Virus record (IMG/VR): IMGVR_UViG_3300000176_000008
Location: 5,609 to 69,608 of that record
Origin: a virus
DNA: 64,000 bases
Strand: one strand, 5' to 3'
Both the position numbers and the translations under genes were made by a program. Each line of letters begins with the position of its first letter. Position 1 is the first letter of the stretch. This document shows, piece by piece, positions 27,335-35,971 of the stretch. Below the pieces are notes generated by a model. It searched no databases. It saw only the letters and a program-made list of their open reading frames with translations, and was not told the origin of the DNA.

Positions 27335-29083
27335 TTATGCTTCAGCACCACCTGTAGCAGGAGCGCCTGTGCCAGCATCTCCGCCTGGAGCTTGACCTGC
27401 AGGTGCGCCTGCAGCATCATCTTCCATACCTGCATCAGGTGTAGGAGAACTTAAATCCCCAATATCGCCGCTCATACCGCCAGCTGTGATACCGGCACTA
27501 CGAAGTTCGCTGCTAGCACTTAAGAATTGATCTTCGTCAACATTTTCTTCTTTCCACTGTGTTTCGTTCTGTGCAATTTCTTCTTTGGTCAATCCTAGGA
27601 AGCGTTCTAGTGCAAAGCGTTTGCTGATAAAGGGCACAGCAACCATGGTGTTAAAGGTGTTAACACGAGCAGTATCCATTTCAGCTTGTCTGTAGCTAGC
27701 AAAGTTTTGTGGTGGATTAAATTTAAGATCGAAAATATTGCTGTCAACATTGATACCAGAACTACTCAAGTATTGTTTAAACTCAAGATCAAACGGCTCT
27801 GTAATTAGGCTTTGTAATCGTTCGCAGTATTTGTTGAATCGCAATTCTTGTATATAGGCTGTCCCAACTCGTCCGTCATTGAAGCTGCTTCCTCCGTCGT
27901 CCGAACCAGTAGGTAGATAAGAACTAGGGATACGCAGAGCTCTAAACAGTTTATTAGTAAAGTAGCGTAGGTCATCAATTTCTCCTAGATTCTGCCCGCC
28001 TTGTAGAATTTCAACTTTACTTCCTCTACCTTCAGCGGTTTGTGGGAAGAAGTAATCTTCGTTAATGCTCAATGGATTATAACTTGCATCTATAACACTT
28101 TGTCCACCACCTGTAACACTAGGAATACGGCGTTGATTTACTTCGTTCTTAACACGCTCAACAAAGCTCATAGCCAAGTGGCTAGGCATATTACCTACGT
28201 CAATATAGAACACACGGCGTTCAGGAGCACGCTGTATACGATAGATTAAGATGGCATCTTCAAGTAGTTCTTTTTGTTTGAATACCTTAAAGATACTTTC
28301 CATTAAACTATTACCAAATGGGAAGTTGTTGTCTAACCCTTCACTCATTGAGATGTGAATAACGTGACGAGCATCGATAGCGTATTGGTTTTGATTTTCG
28401 GAGAATCTGCTACCGTTGGCAGTTGTAGGGAACGAGCCAGTCATACCTCTCGAACCACCAGCACCTCCGCCGCCCGAACCATAGCTTCCGCCAAATTGAT
28501 TGCCACCGCCGTTTTGATTGCTAGGTTGAATAGCAGTTGTAGCTAGTGTTTCAAAGTTGGGATTAAAATCACGAATGAAATATTGTTCAGGCTTCTTACC
28601 TTCTGATTCATTGACAATAATCTTGTCAACTTTAGCAGGATCTACATACATCCACTTTTGATTTTCAGGATCGCGAACAAAGAAACTATCACCAAACTTA
28701 AATGCATTTCGTACGATTTTAAACATACGAACTGGGAATTTATTGATCTTGCACCATTGTTGTAGGTACTTTTTAATGATCTTAATTTCAGTTGTAGTAG
28801 CTTGTTCCTTGAATTTGATTTGAAAAGGTGTGCCGTTTTCTTCGTTTAATTGCGTACAAAACTCTGCTAAAATATCAAAGGCAGCATTAACTTCACTGTC
28901 GCTGTCCATAGTGTCATACTGACCATAACGCTCTAAACGATTAGGATGGCCAGCATAGACATCAGGCAAATAGCTGGAATAATTAGTGCGGCTAGGATTG
29001 CTACCCATACTGGTACTACCGCTAATCGGGCTTAATTTACCCGATACGTTAATGGGTGTAAAATACTTTTTCCATCCGGACAT
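27335..29083 (-). CDS. gp20: Portal protein, gp20-like
   Basis: LLEDAILIYRIQRAPERRVFYIDVGNMP, EDYFFP...GRGSKVEILQGG, and ELRFNKYCERLQ. Confidence 0.95.
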   Translation of the reverse strand: MSGWKKYFTPINVSGKLSPISGSTSMGSNPSRTNYSSYLPDVYAGHPNRLERYGQYDTMDSDSEVNAAFDILAEFCTQLNEENGTPFQIKFKEQATTTEIKIIKKYLQQWCKINKFPVRMFKIVRNAFKFGDSFFVRDPENQKWMYVDPAKVDKIIVNESEGKKPEQYFIRDFNPNFETLATTAIQPSNQNGGGNQFGGSYGSGGGGAGGSRGMTGSFPTTANGSRFSENQNQYAIDARHVIHISMSEGLDNNFPFGNSLMESIFKVFKQKELLEDAILIYRIQRAPERRVFYIDVGNMPSHLAMSFVERVKNEVNQRRIPSVTGGGQSVIDASYNPLSINEDYFFPQTAEGRGSKVEILQGGQNLGEIDDLRYFTNKLFRALRIPSSYLPTGSDDGGSSFNDGRVGTAYIQELRFNKYCERLQSLITEPFDLEFKQYLSSSGINVDSNIFDLKFNPPQNFASYRQAEMDTARVNTFNTMVAVPFISKRFALERFLGLTKEEIAQNETQWKEENVDEDQFLSASSELRSAGITAGGMSGDIGDLSSPTPDAGMEDDAAGAPAGQAPGGDAGTGAPATGGAEA

Positions 29084-29100
29084 TAGATCATTCCTTTAAT

Positions 29101-31749
29101 TTAAGCTGCCCATAAATTTCCATTTAAGGACTTGGCAGCTCTGTGAGTTTTGTCGGTATTTTCGGCAGTATCCTTCATATACTTAACTAACTCTTTCATT
29201 GTACTATTTAATGATTCTAGCTGTGCTGCGGTTTTTTCTTCTGTTGACTTTCCGCCGGTGGCAATCTTAGTAACTGCTTGAATCATTTGTGCCCCAGCAT
29301 TAGATAGTGCTTCTGCTGCAGTAGGACCTTTTAACACAGATTTTAGTTTTTCTGCTTTGATGAGATCTACTGAATTGACTGCTTTGCCAAATGCTGTAAT
29401 ACCTTGAGCATAGGTGTTTAGCGCAGGACCTAGTGTTGATACGCTCTTAATTCCAGATTCTGACATTTTAATGCCAGTACCTAAAGACAATAACGAAACT
29501 CCTAATCCAGCAATAGGACCTGTTAGTTTTAATAAATCAAGGGCACTAACATCACTTAGCATTATTAGCCCTTTGGCTAAGTTTTGCATTTGCGGGCCAG
29601 CTAGTGCAACTGATACTCCGAACGGAACCATTGCTAGACCTAGTGCACCTATGGCTAGAGCGCCGGTTAAAATCAAGGGACTAGCAAAACTTAATACCGC
29701 TGCTACCGCTCCTAAACCTAATAGTGTAACAAATCCCTTGCCCATTTCTGCCCAGCTTACCTTGGCAAATTCTTGGAATCCTTTGGCAGCAATAAAGATA
29801 GTACCTGCTAATAGACCTAGCGTAACTCCACCTAATAATACTCTAGGATTGCCCAGTGCACTTAACCCAGATGCAAGGCCTTTTAGCACACCTTTGATAG
29901 CATCGCCTATACCTTTACCTACCCCGGCTAGTGATGATCCTATACCACCAACTTTACCTGCAGCAGTTTGTGCGGCTCCTAGACCGGGTACACCTGCACC
30001 CTTACCTCCTGCTGCTCCTGTAGCGGCATTTGTTATCCCGCTAAGAACGCCGCCTTTACCACCCCCTGCTACATTACCAGCAATGTTAGCCAGTGTCGAT
30101 TTAGCCTTAACAACTACTAAACCTGCAATAATCAACCCGATAGAAGCAATTACACCTTTAATAACTTCACCAGTTTGTCCAAACCCTGCAAGTAAATTAT
30201 TCAAATACTTTAAGCCGCCGGTGAGAGATTCAGCTAATTTTCCTACTAAGAACGAAGCTAGTTTAATCAATGGACTAAAGAAATCTAATAGTGCTGCACC
30301 TAATTCTTTTAGTGCACTAGTAGTTGCAGCCATTTGTGCTGCTTCGCTATGCTCTTGTGCTGCTTTTGTTTTTTGTCGTTGTATTTCGGCTTCATCTAAT
30401 GCTGCTTTAGTTGTCATACCAGCCATTTGATCTTTTGCAGCCTGGCTTGCAGCTTTTTCATTTCCTTTAAGGGCATTGGTAGTTGATCCTATTACCCCAG
30501 AAAATCTCATAAACTCACTGCCATTATTCAGTCTGGCTCGATCTTCGGCATCGCGTGCTTGTTGACTTTTTGCCCCGTATTTCATTGTAGCATTATACTG
30601 ATCTTGCAGAGACTTAGTGGCCATAGGAGCCAGTGCAGCATATTTTTTGCCAGCTTCAGTGGTAACTGCTCTACCTTGTGCTGCTGCAAGAACATTATCA
30701 GCAGCACCTTGACCGTATTTTGCCAGTGCATCATTATACACTGCTGTAAATTTTTCTCGATCTGCTGTGCTCAATGATGCTTTATATAATTCCATATCTG
30801 CTGTATCTTGTTTTTGTTTAAATTCAGCAGCAAGTTGATCTCTACTTTTACCTGTGATATCTGCAAGTCTATCTAGTTGTTCTAAGTAATCTTTAGTACC
30901 TTGTGTTATTTTAGCAGTATCCTGTAGTTCTGCCTTGGTTCTACCTCCAGTGATAGTAAGGTAGTCAGCCATACCCTGGTTAACTTCTTGAGCAGAATAA
31001 CCTAGAGCCATTAAGTCTTGACCAGCTGAACTTTGAATAAGGCTACGAGACATTCTAAAAAATGCCTGTGCTCCTTCATTAGCCGAACCACCTAGGGTAG
31101 CTAGGGTTTGAGAATTGTTTTTAATTATTCCGGTAAATTCATCTAAAGTCAAATAAGAATTTGCAGCAGCCATTCTCATAGATGTTAAACTACCGCTAAA
31201 GTTTACACCCGAAGCCGATATCTTTTGATATGCTTGAAAATTTTCTTCCTGTATGCCAACTAGTTTAGAAAACCCCTGAAACAAAAGTCCAATTATAGGA
31301 TACTTTAAAGTAAGTGCTGTGCCAAAAGTATTGAGCATACCGCTGGCCGTAGCAGTACCTTGCAGTAGTTTGGTTATTTCATTATGTAATAATGTAAAAT
31401 TATCAACTGTTGCTTGAGCAGCATCTACCTGTGATTGTCTAAAATCATCTGTAGCAGCAGTAGTTTGTCTGACGGTATCTGTGTTGCTTTTAGTAGCAAC
31501 ATTTATGGCGTCTGTAGCAGAAGTTCCTTGCTTAACACTAGCAGTATTGCTTTGTGTTGCAGCAGTAGCAGCAGCAATAGTTGCAGGATCAATACCTGCA
31601 GATCCTGCTAGGCCGGCAACTTTTAAAACCGCCGAGCCCCCTGCAATGGATTTCATAGAAGCCAATAGGGCCGCTAATGTAGTCTCTGTAGCTGCATTAT
31701 TCAGTTCTACTTGTTCGTTGCCTATAAAGCCTGATACATTACCTGCCAT
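29101..31749 (-). CDS. Probable tape measure protein
   Basis: 882 aa, Ala-rich and helical, with hydrophobic Gly/Leu/Ala segments in the C-terminal half; divergently paired with the gp26-like gene. Confidence 0.7.
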   Translation of the reverse strand: MAGNVSGFIGNEQVELNNAATETTLAALLASMKSIAGGSAVLKVAGLAGSAGIDPATIAAATAATQSNTASVKQGTSATDAINVATKSNTDTVRQTTAATDDFRQSQVDAAQATVDNFTLLHNEITKLLQGTATASGMLNTFGTALTLKYPIIGLLFQGFSKLVGIQEENFQAYQKISASGVNFSGSLTSMRMAAANSYLTLDEFTGIIKNNSQTLATLGGSANEGAQAFFRMSRSLIQSSAGQDLMALGYSAQEVNQGMADYLTITGGRTKAELQDTAKITQGTKDYLEQLDRLADITGKSRDQLAAEFKQKQDTADMELYKASLSTADREKFTAVYNDALAKYGQGAADNVLAAAQGRAVTTEAGKKYAALAPMATKSLQDQYNATMKYGAKSQQARDAEDRARLNNGSEFMRFSGVIGSTTNALKGNEKAASQAAKDQMAGMTTKAALDEAEIQRQKTKAAQEHSEAAQMAATTSALKELGAALLDFFSPLIKLASFLVGKLAESLTGGLKYLNNLLAGFGQTGEVIKGVIASIGLIIAGLVVVKAKSTLANIAGNVAGGGKGGVLSGITNAATGAAGGKGAGVPGLGAAQTAAGKVGGIGSSLAGVGKGIGDAIKGVLKGLASGLSALGNPRVLLGGVTLGLLAGTIFIAAKGFQEFAKVSWAEMGKGFVTLLGLGAVAAVLSFASPLILTGALAIGALGLAMVPFGVSVALAGPQMQNLAKGLIMLSDVSALDLLKLTGPIAGLGVSLLSLGTGIKMSESGIKSVSTLGPALNTYAQGITAFGKAVNSVDLIKAEKLKSVLKGPTAAEALSNAGAQMIQAVTKIATGGKSTEEKTAAQLESLNSTMKELVKYMKDTAENTDKTHRAAKSLNGNLWAA

Positions 31750-31773
31750 TGTTTTTCCGTGGTTTTATGCGTA

Positions 31774-31812
31774 TATAAATACTAGAAAGATGATATCTTT
31801 ATAAGTTATTTA
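31774..31812. promoter_or_regulatory. Pair of face-to-face late promoters (TATAAATA + at 31774-31781; TAAATA - at 31807-31812)
   Basis: Both motifs sit in the 77-nt gap between the divergent tape-measure and gp26-like genes. Confidence 0.6.
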
Positions 31813-31826
31813 TTCGGAGAAAAACT

Positions 31827-32684
31827 ATGAATTCGCCAGCAAACCCACTATCAATGTTTATGCGTCAACCTAAGATCTATATCAGGTTGCCTAGCGGTGG
31901 GCAATATTGGCCTCAAGGTAGTCTAACTCCTACAGAAACCGGAGAGTACCCTGTTTACTCAATGACTGCTAAAGATGAGCTAATGCTCAAGGTGCCCGAC
32001 GCTCTTATGAACGGGCAGGCTGTTGTTGATGTTATTCAACACTGTATTCCTAATATTAAAAATGCTTGGGATGTCCCATCCATTGATGTTGATGTTATTC
32101 TAATTGCCATTCGTCTAGCAACCTACGGTGAAATGATGACTACTCCTGTAACATTTGGAGAGGATCTAGAGTTAGAATATCAACTAGATCTAAGAGTTGT
32201 AATGGATACATTAATGCAACAAATTCACTGGAATCCCATTGTACCGGTTACCGACGATCTAACAGTATTTGTAAAACCGTTAAACTATCGTCAAATTAGT
32301 TCAGCGGCAATTAAAACATTCGAAACTCAAAAGATGATGAGTATCGTAAATAACGACAAACTTACAGAAGAAGATAAAATTTCGTTATTCAAAGCCAGTT
32401 TCAAGAGCCTAAGTGATGCTACCCTAGGTACCATTACAGATAGTATTGATAAAATTGACAGCAGTCAAGGCAGTACAGATAATCCTAAATTTATCAAAGA
32501 GTTTGTAGAAAACATCGACAAAGAAATCTTTAACAAGATTCAACAACATCTCGAAATCCTTAGAGATAACAATTCTATCAAACCTATGACAGTTGCAGTA
32601 ACTGACGAAATGCGAGAAAAAGGTGTAACAGGCGATACTGTCGAAGTTCCTATTACATTCGATCCGTCTACTTTTTTCGTATAA
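31827..32684 (+). CDS. gp26: T4 gp26-like baseplate hub/tail assembly chaperone
   Basis: IxLPSxG, PVYSMTAKDELML and DVDVILIAIRLATYG motifs; ends in ...STFFV; GGAG SD. Confidence 0.75.
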   Translation: MNSPANPLSMFMRQPKIYIRLPSGGQYWPQGSLTPTETGEYPVYSMTAKDELMLKVPDALMNGQAVVDVIQHCIPNIKNAWDVPSIDVDVILIAIRLATYGEMMTTPVTFGEDLELEYQLDLRVVMDTLMQQIHWNPIVPVTDDLTVFVKPLNYRQISSAAIKTFETQKMMSIVNNDKLTEEDKISLFKASFKSLSDATLGTITDSIDKIDSSQGSTDNPKFIKEFVENIDKEIFNKIQQHLEILRDNNSIKPMTVAVTDEMREKGVTGDTVEVPITFDPSTFFV

Positions 32685-32689
32685 GGCTT

Positions 32690-32908
32690 TTGCATCTTGA
32701 TCTAGAAGGCATTAACCAGCTGGTCAAAGATTACGAGTTAGATTCAAAAGCCATCAAAGACGAACTTTTTAGGATATGCTGGTATATGAGGGGAGGACTC
32801 TCATATTCTGAAAGTATGCTATTAGGTTTTGAAGACCGAGAAATCATCGGTCGCATTATTGAAAAGAATTTGGAAACCACGAAAGAAAGTGGTCTTCCTT
32901 TCTTTTAA
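32690..32908 (+). CDS. gp51-like/GT-like chaperone domain, probably expressed by -1 frameshift from the gp26-like gene
   Basis: WYMRGGLSYSESMLLxxEDREII motif. The only start is a TTG without a clear SD, and the -1 frame is open from the slippery site at 32672. Confidence 0.7.
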   Translation: MHLDLEGINQLVKDYELDSKAIKDELFRICWYMRGGLSYSESMLLGFEDREIIGRIIEKNLETTKESGLPFF

Positions 32909-33651
32909 AGATTCATTCCTAGAAACCGACTGTAACCTACATCCTCGTTATATCCTCTAACTATATTAGGATTGTCATCTTCTGGCTCAGGTGCAGGCTT
33001 GACTGGTGCAGTAGCCGGTTTAGTATTAGCGTTAAACGAATAATTAACTTTTGGAACAGCACCTTGAGTCTGCCCTCCACCGTAATTAGTAGCTGTTGGT
33101 TTTGCAGGTTGTGTTGTTTGGGCCGATTGTGCTTGGTCTGTATTTGTTGGTTTTGCAGGTTGTGTTGGTTGCGTAGCAGGTTCTGCTTGAGCTGCAGGTT
33201 CTGCTTGAGTTGTAGGTTTTGCTTGTTGAGTATCAGCAGATTGTGTTGGTTGCGTAGCAGGTTCTGCTTGAGCTGCAGGTTCTGCTTGAATTTTACTTAC
33301 AATATCTTTTTTAGCATCAGGATTTAATTTAGATACTAGTTGTAAAATTTGGTCAACTTCATTATCTCCACCTGTAGGAGCAGCCGCTGCTGCTATCGGT
33401 GCAGCAGTAGCAGGTCGACCTTGTCCTGTAGGAATAGGCGCTGCCCAACTAGGACCTTGACTTTGATTAGCATCAGGTTTTAATGCAGTTTGTCCTGCTT
33501 GGTATCCTTGCTTGGCACCATTCCATACATTTTTAAGTCCTTGAACTACTCCCCCAGCAACTGCACCAGGAACTCTGCCAAGGCCTTGCCCTAGTCCTTT
33601 AAGACTTAATTCGTCTAATTGATCTTCAGTTAATATTTCGTTGATTCTCAT
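32905..33651 (-). CDS. Low-complexity (P/Q/A/T-rich) protein, putative internal head protein
   Basis: MRINEILTEDQLDE start with LxE sites; contains internal repeats. Confidence 0.6.
   Translation of the reverse strand: MRINEILTEDQLDELSLKGLGQGLGRVPGAVAGGVVQGLKNVWNGAKQGYQAGQTALKPDANQSQGPSWAAPIPTGQGRPATAAPIAAAAAPTGGDNEVDQILQLVSKLNPDAKKDIVSKIQAEPAAQAEPATQPTQSADTQQAKPTTQAEPAAQAEPATQPTQPAKPTNTDQAQSAQTTQPAKPTATNYGGGQTQGAVPKVNYSFNANTKPATAPVKPAPEPEDDNPNIVRGYNEDVGYSRFLGMNL
33160..33289. repeat. Exact 49-nt direct repeat (33160-33208 and 33241-33289)
   Basis: ttgtgttggttgcgtagcaggttctgcttgagctgcaggttctgcttga occurs twice, encoding QAEPAAQAEPATQPTQ. Confidence 0.9.
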
Positions 33652-34886
33652 TATACAGTTCCTAATGCGGCTAATACTTTTTGCTGATCGGCTGGTGGTA
33701 ATTTTTTAATTCTAGCAACAATGTCATCAATATTTATATTTTGAGCAGCAGGAGTAGCAGAAGGTACAGGTATTTGCATATCTCCAAATACCTTGTTGAT
33801 AACAGTATCATCTACACCGGCTTGTCGCAGTATGTTGGCCACTGCATCACTATCTGTAGGACTTCCTGCTTTCTTCCAAGCAGATTGTAGTTTGTCTGCG
33901 GTGATTTTGGTGGTTAAGTTCTTGCCTACAGTAGCGGCCTTTTGTTTAATTGTATCCCAAACACCCTCATCAAGTTTACGCTGACGGGCAACAACTTTGC
34001 CAATTATCAAGGCAATTGCCGATTCTGACAAGTTAATTGATTCCTGTGTAGCCTGTTGTTTTGCTAGATCGTAAGCAGCTTGAACAGCAGGGCTAAGTTT
34101 ATTGCCGTTTTGTATTGACATATCGGCTAAGGCCATTTGTGTAGGATTTAATGGTTGTCCAGGGATAACCGGCATACCACCTATAGCAGTTCCGCTATAA
34201 TTACTAGCATATTGTCCGGGACCAGTTTGTCCCACTAATTCATTTTCGCCAGGACGAGTACCGTACTGATGATCCAAAGGTTGTGCCTGTTGCCCTTGTA
34301 GTGCTTTGCCGATTTGTCCAGCGGCATAAGCAGTGGCGCCTGTTTTAGCGCCTGCATAAGCAGCACTGCTAAACTTCTCACCTTGAAGTAGTTTGTCTAC
34401 CATTTTAAATAGGCCCAGTGCTGCTGCACCACCTAATCCAGCACCACTGATACCTGCGGCTGCAATCAACGCTGAATAAATTAAACTCTGTGCAATTGGA
34501 TGTGCTTTGGCAAAATCTCTGTACTTTTGCACATACTTCATTACGCCTTGATCACCACCTGTAGCTTGTTTTAACTTTTCAGCAGCTTGATCGTATTTGG
34601 CATCCAATCCTTTGATAGGACCAGAGTTTTGTATTTTAGTTTTTAGATCTTCCCACGCCCTATTAACTGTTGAAGCTATATCTTTACCTTGCCCAATCAT
34701 AGTTCTATTAGAACCCGAGGCTGTAGCACCTGCTTCTATTTGTTGAAATAGTTGATTTATTTGATCAGGAGTAAGAGCAGCTTCTTTGATTAAAATACCT
34801 GCGTGTTCCCATAATCTCACAGAACGAATAGATGGTTTGTCTAGTCCTTCATAGAGATAGTCGTTGTAAATGTGATTGAGCTTCAT
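33651..34886 (-). CDS. Putative internal/ejection protein with a hydrophobic Gly/Ala hairpin
   Basis: 411 aa with a LIYSALIAAAGISGAGLGGAAALGLF segment and several LxE sites; preceded by TATAAATA at 34907-34914. Confidence 0.6.
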   Translation of the reverse strand: MKLNHIYNDYLYEGLDKPSIRSVRLWEHAGILIKEAALTPDQINQLFQQIEAGATASGSNRTMIGQGKDIASTVNRAWEDLKTKIQNSGPIKGLDAKYDQAAEKLKQATGGDQGVMKYVQKYRDFAKAHPIAQSLIYSALIAAAGISGAGLGGAAALGLFKMVDKLLQGEKFSSAAYAGAKTGATAYAAGQIGKALQGQQAQPLDHQYGTRPGENELVGQTGPGQYASNYSGTAIGGMPVIPGQPLNPTQMALADMSIQNGNKLSPAVQAAYDLAKQQATQESINLSESAIALIIGKVVARQRKLDEGVWDTIKQKAATVGKNLTTKITADKLQSAWKKAGSPTDSDAVANILRQAGVDDTVINKVFGDMQIPVPSATPAAQNINIDDIVARIKKLPPADQQKVLAALGTV

Positions 34887-34913
34887 AGAATTAAGATTTA
34901 ATCATCTATTTAT

Positions 34914-35345
34914 AAACGAACTGCGTTCGTTTGATCTATCGCTCACGCTCAGATCAGTTGTTTCGTCGAAGACGTTTTTAATATTATCCAGATTGTTTGG
35001 TCACACTTCGCCCGCACAGGGCGAAGAACATTATCCGAGTTACCTCAGTCACACAGTGTTAGAGCATTACAGTGGCGGTTGACCGGTACCACGAGCTCCG
35101 TCTTCATCTCAACGGCAGCTTACATATACACACTATCGCATATGTAAACCCAGGGTTTTTCTCCCTTCTTTTTTGCCTTTTCTACTATCTTCTAACAATC
35201 AAACCGCGGCTATTTGCGATCTTGGTCCTGTAAAGGATACTGATTGAGAACTCTTAACGGCAAGAGATTTCCGTCCCTGTGATCCGAGATCCAGGTCTAG
35301 GGCGCACGATATTGGCTTGCGCTTGCTTTTGTTACCGTTTAAGGT
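34914..35345 (-). ncRNA. Candidate large structured ncRNA or structured cis element (~430 nt)
   Basis: No credible ORF in an otherwise gene-dense genome. At least 10 helices, a possible pseudoknot and GNRA loops were found by eye. Confidence 0.6.
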
Positions 35346-35347
35346 GC

Positions 35348-35377
35348 CTAAATTTTATTTCTAATGTGGGAGCCATG
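35348..35377 (-). pseudogene. Displaced original 3' end of the 36040..36465 gene (HGSHIRNKI*)
   Basis: cat ggc tcc cac att aga aat aaa att tag lies directly after the endonuclease stop and parallels the current end HQSHIKGKI*. Confidence 0.75.
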
Positions 35378-35971
35378 TCAATGTAACTTACCCGCAACCA
35401 TTCCTTCTGGAATAACAGACTTACGATAATTTCTAATACCGTCGTTACACCATTTTAAGGAGGACATTTTCTCGGACATCCGTTCTCGGTATCCTGGAAT
35501 ATTCCAATTAGCTGCTAGTTGGTTACATCTTTTTTTATAATTTTCTGGAATTGCTAGATATTCTTTTGTTTTTTTACTTAGATGTTGTGCCTGTTTTTGT
35601 TGTGCTTCTTTATATTTCTTCTTAGATTCTTCTGTATGTTTTTTGCCTTTATTTGTCCTTGAAAGTTTTTGTCTGCTTTCAATGGTCCACGGCATAGCGC
35701 CACCGTCTCCCATCTCTGGGACAATATTAGCAAATTCTTTGGATTCTACAATATTCCATAAATTTGAATAGTAAATTCCGGCTTCTTTAATTTCAGATGG
35801 ATTAGTAGTTTCAAGCAAAATTTCAGTAGTTACATCATATCCGTGTTTTTTGATATGTTGCCTCCAAACGGTGCCCGAACCTTGATATAAATGCGGATCA
35901 ATAGAAATAGTCTTGCCAAGATATTTTAACCCAGTTTTGTTGTGGGTTTTTACATAGAGGTAAATAGGCAT
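35378..35971 (-). CDS. GIY-YIG homing endonuclease with a NUMOD3-like DNA-binding motif
   Basis: IYLYVKTHNKTGLKYLGKT...YQGSG...W...EIL, NxxPExGDGG, KGKKHTEESKKK and WCNDG...GMVAG. Probable start is the ATG at 35971 with an AAGGA SD. Confidence 0.85.
   Translation of the reverse strand: MPIYLYVKTHNKTGLKYLGKTISIDPHLYQGSGTVWRQHIKKHGYDVTTEILLETTNPSEIKEAGIYYSNLWNIVESKEFANIVPEMGDGGAMPWTIESRQKLSRTNKGKKHTEESKKKYKEAQQKQAQHLSKKTKEYLAIPENYKKRCNQLAANWNIPGYRERMSEKMSSLKWCNDGIRNYRKSVIPEGMVAGKLH

Noticed and set aside
34876-35082. 68-aa plus-strand ORF in the structured region
   Set aside because: It has a weak start, no SD, overlaps the start of the opposite-strand gene, and runs through hairpins; probably spurious.
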